Notes: generated from the letters alone by a model not told the origin. A stretch of DNA of 64,000 bases from Eledone cirrhosa (GCA_964016885.1 OZ024759.1:18848001-18912000), one strand, 5' to 3'; numbered from the stretch's first letter, positions 25,373-40,449 are shown. Translations and numbers: made by a program.

Positions 25373-28300
25373 AAATTACTACGAATAGGAATAAAAATAC
25401 TTATCAACTCCTATTCCAAAAGTGTCTTGTTTAAGGATACAATGCGCCGCGAGATATCGAACTTACGGCCTTACAATAACAGCTGAACACCATAGTCGTT
25501 AAGGCACACGCCTTCATCGTAAATCTAATTCAGTATTGTACCGGAGTCGACTGAATCGATTATACTTACTTGTTGTACAAATGCGCATTTGTACTTAAGT
25601 AAGAAATCAGTATTTCAGCTACGACTTTGGGATTATCTGTACTCAGTCGACATAGGAATTCTTGCTCGTATCACTATTACACTTTATGGTGGCGACGCAC
25701 CCATCGTGTATAGCAGTAACATTAGACAAATAGATAGACGTTTAACATTTCTCAAGTCTTGAAAACTGAGTGAAAATCGATACTATTCGTGATGCCAAAT
25801 GCGTTTAATCTAATCAGATATTCCGACAAAGCTTCAGAGGAATGGTTCTAATATAAGACAAGATAATCTGTTTTATTTGTACGTGTAATGCCATCATTCC
25901 AAATACTGTTTCCAAGTTGATATTACTGAAATGTAAAAAGGAAGAGATCGTTTATACACAACACAAGGAGAGCTTTGACACCGATATTGTGTGTTAAAAT
26001 CACGATTATCAGCTAAAACATTCATTCCGCCTTGTATTACACATACTTGAAGAATACATAATATTAAATAAATGAATGAATAAATAAATAAAATAAATAG
26101 ATAAATGAATAAACAAAGAGAAAGTGGATAAAATATATCTCATCATTTCTTATCTATCATTAGTTACTATGGAAGTATGTTTTGTTATTTTGTTTTTTTA
26201 CATTTTTCAATGTACTGATCCACTCTTATCAAGTTCATCTCTATGGCTGTTACATGTATATAATCTTATTTTGTGTGAGAGCTGATTTGTTTCAATCAAC
26301 GGCATGTGTATAATGGTGTTGATATCGTTGTTGTTTTTATCGATGTAAGCTGTGTTTTGTGTTGTGATAGTAAAAGGTATGGTATGACATCACACCACAT
26401 CAGAAATCAACTACGATGACATTGTTAAACACATCCGGAGGTCCAGTGTTTACGAAGCATAATTAAAAATGGAGAACGACAAAGATAACACTCAGTGAAA
26501 GATTAAAAGCATGAAGAGTTTTCACGACGTATTATTGATTCCTAATTTAGGCACAAGGCCAGCAAATTGTGTGAGTAGGTTTAACATTGATTAAATCGAC
26601 CCCAACACTTGATATTCAGGTTAAGATGGAATCCGACTTTTGATCAGCAAATAAAGTTTTCTTGCAACTCATCCGCCAACTTCGTAATAAGAAATCTTCC
26701 ACATCTGCTAACAGGAAACCACCCGGGGTATTTCTATCTGAAAGGAAGTGCATCATTATGGTCCATGTTGATTACAGATTCGTGGAAGTGATTAAAGATA
26801 AAAATGACATTTTGATAATTTATATCTAGAATACAATTACATAAATGTTCAACATATATGTATAAATAACATACCGGATTAAATGTATAAATTTGGAGAA
26901 CTTCTTATTGTAAAACACGACTACTGTAGGAAATGATCAGTGTGTATGCCATTGTGTATATATTTTAAAGAGTTACAGACGGAGTTATGGTATGATATGG
27001 TATGATCCCGAAACACCTGATGAAGTCGTAGGGGCGCTGTATTGACGTACGGCGTTTCTTGGACATTTTAAGCTTGGCGGATCCCATCCTTCTCCAGGCC
27101 TGAGTACAGCATATTTCTTCCGGAGAAGGGCAGAACGTAAGAGAGAGGAAATGAAAAAGAGATATAGGGAAAAAAAATCGATCCCAGTTCTAGACTGGTA
27201 CTTTTTTTTATTGACCTCAAAAGGATAAAGGCAAAGTTGACCTTGGTGGGATTTGAACTCAGAGAGCAGAGAGCCGGAAGGAATACCATGGCATATTATT
27301 ATTTGTGAGTACCAGTAATGCACTGGGTAATTGCTGGCCTTGTGCCTAAAGTAGAAACAATTATTATTTGTGAGTCAGGGAAAATTATATTTACCCCGAT
27401 CCTAGCCTTTGACTGGTACTTTATTTTATCGACTTCGGAAAGATGAAAGGCAAAGTTAACCCTGACGGAATTTGAACTCAGAATATAAAGAATCGTAAAA
27501 GAAATGTCACATGGAATTTTGTATGATGTGCTAACAATTTCTCAAGCGTTTTGCAATAATACAAAATTATGCAAGACTCCATATAAAAGTTTTAGTGACA
27601 GACTAAATGACTTTGTTTAGATAATCGATAATGTGATTAATATTAGAGAATGTTCAAGGAATTAAAAATAACCAAATGCTTCATCAAATCTATAGGAAAA
27701 GCAATAAGAGGAATTAGATTATGTTAAACGGTCGTTTTAGCAATAGAAAGTCTTGTATATATGGACCAGTAATTCCTGATGGAGTTATAAGGGCGTTGTT
27801 GTGACATTCAACGTAACTTAGGCGTTTTAAATCTGGCTGACCTCATCCCCTTTTTAGCTCTGAACACAGTTGGTTTCTTCCGGCGAGGGAGAGAGTGAGA
27901 GAGTGAGCGAGTAAGAGAGAGAGAGAAGGCGGGAGAGAGAGAGAGAGAGAGATAGACTGACAGAGAGTGAGTGTGTGATAAACAGGCATATGAGAAGAAT
28001 CGATCCCAGTACAGGACTGATACTGTTTTAATCGCCCTTGTAAGGGGGAAAGGCAACGTTAGCTACGGTCAGATTTGAACGCAGAGCGCAGAGACCCGGA
28101 ATGAATAGCGTAAAGCATTCTACCCGACTTACTGGGACGTCTTAGCCAACGTGACATCCTTATACAGCAATTAAACGTACACGTAATGCACACATTACTA
28201 CTTCATTATCGTCTTGTCAACGGGCAAGAAATCAAATAACCTACCAGAGTGTAATTAGTTCATCGTGTATGAAGTCCAGGCATCCCGGAAATATTCTTTT

Positions 28301-28619
28301 CAGTTGCTCAGTCACCAGAATTCAAATCCGATTAATAGAGTTTGTCGCATGATAATTAATGTCAGTGTTCTGATTAACAAATTATATCCCTCAAAACACC
28401 AGAAGGGATTCTACATGAAGGATGTATGGCGTTAAAGCTCTATTTGACCACCATTTTAGTATTCAACCTCATAGTCTACGAAATCAAGCAATAGGACAAT
28501 CACACTCTCCGATTGCCTCAAACTCTGTCGTCTGTCTGTCTGCTTTCCTTTATTACTCTCGCCCTCCCTTTCTTCTTTCTTTCTTTTGTTTTCGGCTACA
28601 TATTTCTGAGGATCCTGTC

Positions 28620-28802
28620 TTCATGCACGTCTTTTAGAGAGTCCTGTCAGAAGCAACCGTCTCGAAATTATCCAGATGAATCCCCAATGAGACCAAACGA
28701 GGTCATGGATATTATCTAATCTTACTCGTAATCTATCTCTTGACTTTGCCTATAAAAACTTTCCAGCGATTCTTTCCTTAGACATTCTAACTACATGTCC
28801 AT
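28620..28802 (-). mobile_element. RTE LINE 3' remnant
   Basis: GHVVRMSKERIAGKFL motif. Confidence 0.65.
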
Positions 28803-29289
28803 TCTATCGGGGATCTGCATGTTCGCCTCAGGGACACGTCATTTCGCAATCGCATTCTTTCGATTATTACCCAAGATTCGTGAGAATAAGTAAGGGTAGA
28901 ATCGAACACCGAGCCGAGTGAGTTTCGTTTTTACGCCTAACTCCCTTCTTCTGATGACACAATGCTGAAGCTGGCGCATTATTGCACTGGTATACTTGCT
29001 GGCCTTGTGCCAAATATAGAAACAATTATTGCACCAACTCCAGCAATTCTTGCATTTAATTCAGTCTTATTAGAAGCTCAACTGTCGTATTCACTGTGGT
29101 TATTTAATTTCGCAAATGTCACAACTGCAATGATTCTGCAACTACCATCACAATTGATAGAGCACAGCATGTTTCATACAAATTGTCTATTGGTGACGTT
29201 CCTCTTTAATTTAGCCTGAACAAGGATTTCTTAACATTGAACAGAAGACTTTTCCCTCGTTGTTTGTGCCATTAAGGTTAGTCTCGCTA

Positions 29290-29990
29290 TTCTAGAGTTA
29301 AATATATTTCCCTTAACCATTTCAGGGACCGTATTTCTAAGAAACATTTTAATAATTTTGAAAAAACCAAGAATGTAGAGGGATTTAGTTGCGTAACAAA
29401 TATTCTCACTTTTGTGCTCGTGTTTGGAACATAACAAAGGTTCAAAAATAAGATTATGGTGAGAGATTTCTAGATAATTAAAAACTCTTTAAAACAATTT
29501 TTTTGTGTGTGTGTGTAGAACCAGAAGTGTTTCACTGCGGTTTGATATCAAAATGGCTAAAATGTATGTTATTCTACATTGCCTTCAAACCCTAAACAGC
29601 CCGAGTCTATTTCTACCAAAGATGCAGCAAATGTCTTCTTCCTATTAGAATGATATATTATTGATATTATAGAAATACAGCCAGTGTGCAAATAAAAAAT
29701 TTATGAAGAGTGGGACATCACTTTTACCCAATATATATCCCACTGAAAATTCTATAAAATTTATGATCTATATAAAATATTTATAAATATGTCTAGTAAA
29801 GCAAATTGGAGGCTTCCTGTTGAGATGAAAATATGACAAGATTCACTGTTTGAACATATTTATCTTTGCTTAATTCCCTGGTGTCTTTAAGAATGGCATG
29901 AGTGTCACATTTGTCAATTTCCTTTCTTCTGAAACACAATTCCATTGATCTTAACTGAAATGAATCAAAAATACAAGACAGCATTATGGC
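29290..29990 (-). pseudogene. Possible highly decayed hAT transposase remnant
   Basis: FKIIKMFLRNTV resembles the hAT C-terminal dimerisation motif (LK.IK..LRNTM); many stops; recalled similarity only. Confidence 0.3.
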
Positions 29991-30264
29991 TGTTTAGGCA
30001 GCGACAAGCTTTCAATTCTGCTTTACTTACATCTTAAGAAAAACAATTCTGAACGTCATATTTATCTTCCATAACATACATAGAGCTTTTGTGGTGAGAC
30101 AAGGAAACCAATATTATTTCCTTACAGTTTAAACATACTTATATATTCATATTAATTAATGTTTTTCTTTTTCGTTTTTACGTCTAGAGCATAAGACATA
30201 CTTTCCGCTACTCCAAAGATTTTATGTCAATATCTATCTGGGTCCTATACAAGGTATATAATAC

Positions 30265-31367
30265 TGGTTTCTAATTTAGGTAGAGGGGTTGGGAAAAGCC
30301 GATTATATCGACATCAGTTCGTTACTGGTACTTTATTTCATAGACCCCGTGGGATGAAAAGCAAAGTTTACCTCGATGTGTTTTGACCTCAGATAGTAAA
30401 GACCTAGAACAAATATTATTAAACATTTGTCCGATGCTAATCCTTCACCCCTACAATGGATATGATATTATCTGTTTCTAATTCAGGCACAAGGTCAGCA
30501 TTTGGGAGGATAACAATAATAATAATGATATCTATCATAGGAACGAGGCCAGCAATTTGGGGAGGGAGAGTCGATTAAGTCGACCCCAGTGAATTACTGG
30601 TGCTTTATTTTTATCGATTCCGTAAGGATGAAAGGCAAAGCTAACCTCGGCGGGATTTGAACTCAGAACGTAAAGGACCGAAGCTATATGCCGCAAAACA
30701 ATGTCCGACGCTCTAATAAAACTGACAATCTACCAACCTAGGTATAACAATAATAATGATAAAAATAAACTATACACAGAGCGTGTATAATTATATCTCT
30801 ATATTTAAATGAACATTTACAGTTTAATTATTTTAATGAATTCTAATAATGATGCTGTACCTTAGACGAAACATAGCCCTTTACATTACTCTCTGATTAG
30901 TAAAACCCCAAATGAGTTATAGATAATTGTTTCTACTTTTGGCGCAATGCCAGCAATTATCCCAGTGCATTACTGGTACCTTATTTTATCGACCCTGAAA
31001 GGATGAAAGGCAAAGTTAACCTCGACGGGATTTGAACTCAGACCGTAAAGGGACCTAACTATGCTGGAAAACATGGTGCCGACCCGCTACCGATACTGCC
31101 AATCCACGGGTTTCTTGAATTAATCTACACTGATTTTCTGTTTTACTCTAAATCTGTTAGTATGATCATGTTTTTAATTTCTTTCTTACTCTCGTATCGG
31201 TGACAAAAGAGAATGAGCTAATAATGGTTTCTGATTTAGGCACAAGGCCTGCAATTTTGGGGGAGGGGGATTCCATTAAATCGGCCCCAGTGCGTGACTG
31301 GTACTTTATTTTATCGACCCCGTAAGGATGGAAGGCAAATTTAACCTCGGCGGGATTTGAACTCAAA
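30265..31367 (-). mobile_element. Cluster of at least four minus-strand major SINEs
   Basis: Copies at about 30300-30450, 30538-30735, 30925-31108 and 31222-31367. Confidence 0.9.
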
Positions 31368-31406
31368 AGTTTTGAATTAATAAAAACAATTCTACAAGTC
31401 TCTTCA

Positions 31407-31745
31407 TGAAGGCGTGTGGCATCGAGGTTAGAGCTTTGAATTCGATTCCTGAACCGGTTGGTGCGTTGTAACCTTGAGCAAGACATTTTACTTCACCATG
31501 CTCCAGTTCACTCAGTTAAAAAAATATGTTGCGACGTCACTGGGGCCTAGTTGTATCCGCCTTTGCCTTTCTTTTGGACTACATCAGTGACGTGGAGAGA
31601 AGATGAGGTGAGGCTGCTCTGCATGGGTGACTGCGGGCTTTAAAAAAAAAAAAGTAAGTACCTAACTCGGATTTGTGTCTCGGAAGGAATCTTTCTTGGT
31701 ACAAAACCCATGGTCATTCGTGACCGAAGGTGTATTTAACCTTTA
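31407..31745 (+). mobile_element. tRNA/CORE-type SINE (second family)
   Basis: GAAGGCGTGTGGC..GGTTAG..TTCGATTCC head followed by CCTTGAGCAAGACA.TTTA.TTCAC..TGCTCCAG. Confidence 0.75.
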
Positions 31746-32064
31746 TACAGCTCTTCTTATATAGACTTTACTCAGCTAACAAAATTAAGAACATTTGTTT
31801 AATCAACAATATGATCAATATTATAGAACTGTCAAAGAATTAAAAATAACTACATGTTCCAACCAATCTACAAGAAAAGTAATTAGATTAATTAGATTAT
31901 GTAAGACGGTCGTTTTAGAAATAGAACGTCATGTATGTATGTATGTATCAGTAGCTCTTGATGGAGTCATAAGGGGCGCTGTAGTGACTTATGGTGTGTC
32001 TTGGGTACTTTAAGCCTGGCGGAGCCCATCCTATCTCCAGATTTGAACACAGTGGATTTCTTTG

Positions 32065-32151
32065 AGAAGAAGAAGAAGAAGAAGAAGAAGAAGAAGAAGA
32101 AGAAGAAGAAGAAGAAGAAGAAGAAGAAGAAGAAGAAGAAGAAGAAGAAGA
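32065..32151. repeat. (GAA)~29 trinucleotide repeat
   Basis: Read directly. Confidence 0.97.
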
Positions 32152-32292
32152 ATTGACCTGAGTCCTGGAGTGTTACCTTTATTTGTACTCAGGGATTTGT
32201 AGGGACAGACGGTGTATCTAAGGGCATTTCTTAACATCTGGAGCCCATTTCCTCTCCAAGTCTGAATACAGCAGATTTCTTCCAGAGAAGGG

Positions 32293-33326
32293 TATAGAGA
32301 GGGTAGGAATAGACGTAAGAAAGGTATAGAGAGGGTAGGAATAGACGTAAGAAAGGTATAGAGAGGGTAGGAATAGACGTAAGAAAGATATAGAGAGGGT
32401 AGGAATAGACGTAAGAAAGATATAGAGAGGGTAGGAATAGACGTAAGAAAGGTATAGAGAGGGTAGGAATAGACGTAAGAAAGGTATAGAGAGGGTAGGA
32501 ATAGACGTAAGAAAGATATAGAGAGGGTAGGAATAGACGTAAGAAAGATATAGAGAGGGTAGGAATAGACGTAAGAAAGATATAGAGAGGGTAGGAATAG
32601 ACGTAAGAAAGGTATAGAGAGGGTAGGAATAGACGTAAGAAAGGTATAGAGAGGGTAGGAATAGACGTAAGAAAGATATAGAGAGGGTAGGAATAGACGT
32701 AAGAAAGATATAGAGAGGGTAGGAATAGACGTAAGAAAGGTATAGAGAGGGTAGGAATAGACGTAAGAAAGATATAGAGAGGGTAGGAATAGACGTAAGA
32801 AGGGTATAGAGAGGGTAGGAATAGACGTAAGAAAGATATAGAGAGGGTAGGAATAGACGTAAGAAAGATATAGAGAGGGTAGGAATAGACGTAAGAAAGA
32901 TATAGAGAGGGTAGGAATAGACGTAAGAAAGATATAGAGAGGGTAGGAATAGACGTAAGAAAGGTATAGAGAGGGTAGGAATAGACGTAAGAAAGGTATA
33001 GAGAGGGTAGGAATAGACGTAAGAAAGATATAGAGAGGGTAGGAATAGACGTAAGAAAGATATAGAGAGGGTAGGAATAGACGTAAGAAAGGTATAGAGA
33101 GGGTAGGAATAGACGTAAGAAAGATATAGAGAGGGTAGGAATAGACGTAAGAAAGGTATAGAGAGGGTAGGAATAGACGTAAGAAAGATATAGAGAGGGT
33201 AGGAATAGACGTAAGAAAGGTATAGAGAGGGTAGGAATAGACGTAAGAAAGATATAGAGAGGGTAGGAATAGACGTAAGAAAGATATAGAGAGGGTAGGA
33301 ATAGACGTAAGAAAGATATAGAGAGG
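32293..33326. repeat. 32-bp minisatellite, 32 copies plus a partial
   Basis: Unit TATAGAGAGGGTAGGAATAGACGTAAGAAAG(G/A). Confidence 0.97.
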
Positions 33327-33786
33327 AAGAATGGAACCCAGTTGTAGACTTCGAAAGGACGAAAGGTAAAATTGAACTCAGAACACAAAAAGCCGGAACG
33401 AATACCAGAAAACGTGGAATCCGAAATTCCAGTAAAATATCATAAAAGTATTGTGTACACAAAGGACTGGGAAAACAACACATGTTTCATAAATATACCT
33501 CAGGAAAATATATTTCCGTTGTCTGTTATTTTTAGATTTTAAACATCCCCACAGGGAGGTTATGTATGTTAATTACTGGGATAATATCAGCTTATCAATG
33601 TTTTTCAGCTCTCTATACATCATATATGAAACCCTAACTTATTTGTATTTAGTATTCAGAAAGCCCACCTACGGTTATTTTCCTAAGATATACACATTTT
33701 GTTGATATCCATAATTGTGCTCATTACATTTTCTCTCTGTATATCTACCCATCTCTGTCTCTCAAGTTCCTTTTCTCATTCTCTCT

Positions 33787-33889
<103 letters not shown>

Positions 33890-34163
33890 GTATGTATATA
33901 CGTGCGTGTATGTGTTTCCCTGTATCTATCTTTATGTGAATTTCATTGTCCGTCAATGCATTTATGTATGTGTATATATATATAAATATATATATATATA
34001 TAGATATAGATATATATACAGACAAACAAATACACATACATACAGACCCATGTAAACATACACACGCTCGCATAAAGACATACATACATAAATAAAGTTG
34101 TTACTAGTTAAATGGCTATTTAGACCATTCTTCATCTTCTTAGTACGCCAAACTTTTAAGAAA

Positions 34164-34221
<58 letters not shown>

Positions 34222-34444
34222 ATACATAGATAGATATAAATGTTACTAGTTAAATGGCTAGTTAGAAGATTATTCATCTTAGTACACCATACTCTGAAAC
34301 AAACAAATATATATATATATACATACATATATATATATACACGTATATATACATATATATACATATATATATATATACACACGTATATATATACACACAT
34401 ATATATATATACACCTATATATATATATATAGACACACACACAG

Positions 34445-34505
<61 letters not shown>

Positions 34506-34540
34506 TATGTACATATACATATGCATATATATATATATAT

Positions 34541-34808
34541 TGATTAGGCGATACCCGCTGATGAAACCGCATAAGCTGATTGTGCATTGTTGCATAATAT
34601 ATGCAGACAGATGGTGCAGTGCACCTTACTGCTGCATTAGTGCGGCAGAAACTCGAGTCCGGGAACCTTATAGGCACCCGTTTTACGTGTGTTGTGTTGA
34701 GGCAAATAACGATGTGTATACTCTGGTAATGTATCTTACATTGTCCACTGAGTGCGCTGAGATACAACCGGTACTGGCATCGATAAATATGCTGGGTCCG
34801 TCAACCCT

Positions 34809-34812
<4 letters not shown>
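34541..34812 (+). mobile_element. TA-embedded HHR element (family D)
   Basis: Bounded by (TA)n; 3' half recurs at 10373-10518. Confidence 0.75.
34546..34670 (+). ncRNA. Type I hammerhead ribozyme motif with GUC site and extended stem II
   Basis: CCCG-CTGATGA(34558-34564)-AA CCGCA..TGCGG CA-GAAA(34648-34651)-CTCGAG-TC^CGGG. Confidence 0.82.
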
Positions 34813-34853
<41 letters not shown>

Positions 34854-34860
34854 CATATGC

Positions 34861-34947
<87 letters not shown>

Positions 34948-35339
34948 TGCGTGCGTGCGTGTGTGTGTGTGGAAAGAATGAAAGACAGAGGTGGAAAGGG
35001 AGCAAGAGAGAGAGAGAGAGTAAAGGAAAAGTGGGGAGAGAGAGAGAGATAAGGAGAGAGAGAGAAAGAGAGAGGAGATAAAGTGTAAGATAGAGGCGGA
35101 TAGAGGCAGGGAAAGAGAGAACGATAACGTAGAAGACACAAATTGTGAAGGAGAAATCAAGTTGATGCTTTCAATATGTTCTTTTGCTTTCACATTAATT
35201 ATTTCAAGCAGCAAATTATTAAATAAATACATGGTCTCCTTGACTCAATTACCAAACTGTGATTTATCTTATCTCTATAAATGGATTGTTATATATCAAG
35301 ATTTCTCTATATAATTCGAACATATATACTCACAAAGAC

Positions 35340-36027
<688 letters not shown>

Positions 36028-37179
36028 ACAGTTTATTGACAATAATAGGCCGTATTAACGATTTTTACCCAGACTTCAGCTTTCTAGAAACTTGAACACT
36101 TTATCTAATTGATTTATGATATGATGGAATGAAATTAGAGAGCAAAACAAACTTTCAATCTTCAGTTCTATTTTTGTGTTATTCTGTACTTGTTCGTTTG
36201 TTTATGTGATATTTCAGAATTAATTAAGATATATTGAAGCGATCTGATCTCTATTATTTAAATTTTAAATCTTGAATGACTTTAAGAAATAATATTTATT
36301 CCGCACTTGTTCTATTAAATTACACGAAGACTCGTTCAACTGTAGAAATAAGCCTCAATTGTGAATGTCTAAACATTCTTTCACCAAGAAAACTCTCTCT
36401 TATTCATCTTTCGATATTTTATTTGCTATATTTTATAGTTAAATAATAATATTAGAGCGGTTATGTTACAACTATAAATGAATTCGAATTGAAAGTTGAA
36501 CGTTGTGTAATTTACACTAATTGGTTCATTTAATAGCAGTTCAAAATATGACAAAGAAAAACGGAACCAAAAAACATCTAAATATTTCTATCATCATTGT
36601 CCACATCATCATCATTACTATTTATAGATTTAAAGATCTGTGTAAGAAATATTTCCAGGGTTAGTTGAAATAGATTGAAATAAAAGTAGAGAAAAAAAAT
36701 ATCATAGAGCTTACGAAGGTTGAATATTAAATACACAAATTTGAATAAATACGACAAATGTAATAAACTGGAATGCTTAAAGTAGAGGTGATTGATGTTT
36801 GAGTTTTTTCTTTGTTCTATGTTCTTATTTAATATCCTTCTTATGACATCCTTGTGATTGCAGATCCTAGTGAACAGGATGTAAAGCGTTTTGTTCCGTG
36901 ATATAAAAACTGCAAAAATCCTCACTTCATTAATAAAGGACAGCTAATGTTATGCAAAAGGCGGTGAATTGACAAAGTCACATAGAATACTTTGTGGTAT
37001 TAGATTCAACTATCTGCTCTCTCTCTGAGTTCAAATACCCGCGAAATCAACTATGTTTTTATACATTTTGAGATGAATAAACAGTATTAGTCCAATATGG
37101 GGCTCGATGTTTCCTCTTTATCCATTTCTCACTTCACCTCTACAAAAATCTTCACTTCAGTAATAAAAGACAACTAATG

Positions 37180-37602
37180 ATGTCTAGTATAGGCACAAGG
37201 CCAGTAATTGTGGGGGGGGGGGAGAAAGTCGATTAAATCGACCCCAGTACGTTACTGGTGCTTTATTTAATCGACCCGTAAGGATGAAAGGCAAAGTTAA
37301 CCTCGGCAAGATTTGAACTCAGATCATAAAGGGTCGTAACTCTACACTGCAAAGCATGGCGTCCGACGCTCTACCGATACTGCAATACACCGCTCTAATA
37401 AAAGACAAATAAATGTTTCTATATTTGGCACAAGGCCAGCAATTATCCTAGTGCATTACTGGTACTTTATTTTATTGACACCGAAAGGATGAAAGGCAAA
37501 GTTAACCTCGGCAGGATGTGAAGTCAGAACGTAAAGGGCCGTAACTCTATGGTGCAAAGCATGTTGTCTGACGCTCTACCGATTCTCCCAATCCACCGCC
37601 CT
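37180..37602 (-). mobile_element. Two tandem young major SINEs (long and short form)
   Basis: Copies at 37180-37395 and 37413-37602; TAATAAAAGACAA flanks the first. Confidence 0.92.
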
Positions 37603-37944
37603 TAAGAGACAATAATAGTCACATAGTAGAATAAATTGGGATATTTGCTTCAGCTCTCTCAGTTCTCTGAGCTCAAATACCCGCGAAATCAACTTTGTTT
37701 TAGGTCGATAAAAAAGTACTAGCCCAATACGAGGATCGACGTTTTCTCGCTTTATCTCTTCCCGTTTCTCTCCTTCTCTGAAAGAAATCGGTTGCGTTTA
37801 GACTTGGAGAGGGAATGGGCTTTGCTGGGTTTTAAAATGTCCAGGACAGGCCATATGTCATAATGGCGCCCTTGCGACACCAAGAGAATTTACATTTTCA
37901 TACGTACAATTAAATATAAACGAAAGGTTTGTTATCAAATTAAT

Positions 37945-38119
37945 TGTTTCTACTTTTGGCACAAGGCCAGCAATTATCCCAGTGTATTACTGGTACTTTA
38001 TTTTATCGACCCCGTAAGGATGAAAGGCAAAGTTAACCTCAGCGAGATTTGAACGGGCCGTAACTCTTTGCTTCAAAGCATGGCGTCAGACCCTCTACCG
38101 ATACTGCCAATCCACCACC
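37945..38119 (-). mobile_element. Young major SINE with 17-bp TSD
   Basis: TTTGTTATCAAATTAAT at 37928-37944 and 38120-38136. Confidence 0.93.
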
Positions 38120-38654
38120 TTTGTTATCAAATTAATGTTAGCCTCTTTATTCAAGTAAATACTATACAATAGCCATACTTATTTAAAGCAGATTTCTCTG
38201 CTTACAAACATCGACACCACCAAATTAACAATTCAGCAACATTATCATTATTTTAATATTTAATGTTTTATTTGCACTGCTGTAGCCCTATAAAAAGACA
38301 CTCTATTTTTAAGTTTGATTATTTTTCTATAACTAAGGAACAAAACAAAAGACATAATAGAAATCATTAACATAACGTAAGTGCTATGCAAATCTATATA
38401 TTTATGCATCAAACTAAAAGTAAGAACATTTATGAAACGGGAAATTTCTGTCTGTGTAGTTTGTAGTAATTAAACTACAAATCAATATATGATGAAAAGA
38501 TAAAACTACATGTAGACACTCTAATAGAAATGGGGAGTTTAAATTGATTACTTGCCTGTCATTGATCAGACTATCACTCTGCCTACATACCAAGCTATCT
38601 ACCTACCTATCTAACTGCCTAAACACCACACTATTTAGCTATATATCAATTAAA

Positions 38655-38838
38655 TAATTGTTTCTACTTTTGGCACAAAGCCAGCAATTACCCAGTGCAT
38701 TACTGGTACTTTATTTTATCGAACTCGTAAGGATGAAAGGCAAAGTTAACCTCGGCAGGATTTGAACTCAGATCGTAAAGGGAAGTAACTATACTGGAAA
38801 GCATGTCCGACCCTCTACCGATACTGCCAATTCACCGC
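38655..38838 (-). mobile_element. Young major SINE, short form
   Basis: Full-length match to 59221-59410. Confidence 0.92.
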
Positions 38839-39044
38839 CAACTTATCTAACTATCTATCTATCTCTTTCTATATATATATATATATAACGAAGGAAGTGT
38901 AGCAAGGAACCAGGTGGACCATAACGCACCAGAGTACTCGATACTTAGGGTAGTAGAGTGGGTAATAGGAAATTAACTACTGGGTTAGTTCAGATCTAGC
39001 TGTCGAAACGGCCAGAGCTCAGCCGTCGGGGTCCTGACTCATTT

Positions 39045-39082
<38 letters not shown>

Positions 39083-39279
39083 AAAAAGTATGACCCCGAC
39101 GGCAGAGCTCAAGCCATTTCGACGGCTGTTTCTGGACTCTGAGTCCATAAATAGCCGTCGAAACGGCTTGAGCTCTGCCGGCGGGGTCATACTTTTTCCT
39201 ATTACCTACTCTACTACCCTAAGTATTAAGTACTCTGATGCGTTATGGTCCATCTGGTTCCTTACCATATTTCCATTGT

Positions 39280-39335
<56 letters not shown>

Positions 39336-39374
39336 TATAAATATTAATAAAATAGATGTTCTTTTGATCAATTA

Positions 39375-39429
39375 CATTTTATTATACATATTTCGGATGT
39401 ACAACAGTACGTCCTCATCAGACAAAATA
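39375..39429 (-). ncRNA. Type I hammerhead ribozyme motif (family E)
   Basis: TATTTTGT-CTGATGA-GGACGTAC TGTT GTACATCC-GAAA-TATGTA-TA^ATAAAATG on the minus strand. Confidence 0.88.
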
Positions 39430-39514
39430 TGATACATGACATACCCTGAGATGTTAAATGGTTAAGATTTAATCAAAGTAGTGATTAGACATAATCATTG
39501 AATATCGTTTAACA

Positions 39515-39988
<474 letters not shown>

Positions 39989-40449
39989 ATACATCTATCT
40001 ACATGCCTACATACCAACCTCTATATCTACCTGCTTATATACCAATTTATCTATCAAACAATCAACTCACCTATCCATCTATCTATCTACATGCCTACAT
40101 ACCAACCTCTATATCTACCTGCTTATATACCAATCTCTCTATCAAACAATCAACTCACCTATCCATCTATCTATCTACTTGCCAACACACCTCTCTGTCC
40201 ATTTACTTGCCGACATACCTACCTACCTATCTATCTAAACTTCTACTTATCTGTCTATCAATATATTTATACATATCAGCCGATGCTTTAACCATCTGTG
40301 TATCTATCAGTAATATACTAAGAAAGCTTTTCAGTTCTGTAAACATGTCAATCTTCAGAAAATTAACTCTTCACAGTGTGGAGGCATGTGCATAGTTTAC
40401 GGACAATACAACACTTCCGCAAACTCACATGAAAAACCTATATGTGCAT

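Noticed and set aside
24870-28960. Other CTGATGA/CTGAGGA hits (~24872, ~27017, ~28606, ~28951)
   Set aside because: No correctly placed stem II, GAAA and UH; expected by chance.
32218-33483. 421-aa and 385-aa ORFs; CRISPR-like regularity
   Set aside because: Pure 32-bp tandem repeat with no spacers; the ORFs are repeat read-through.
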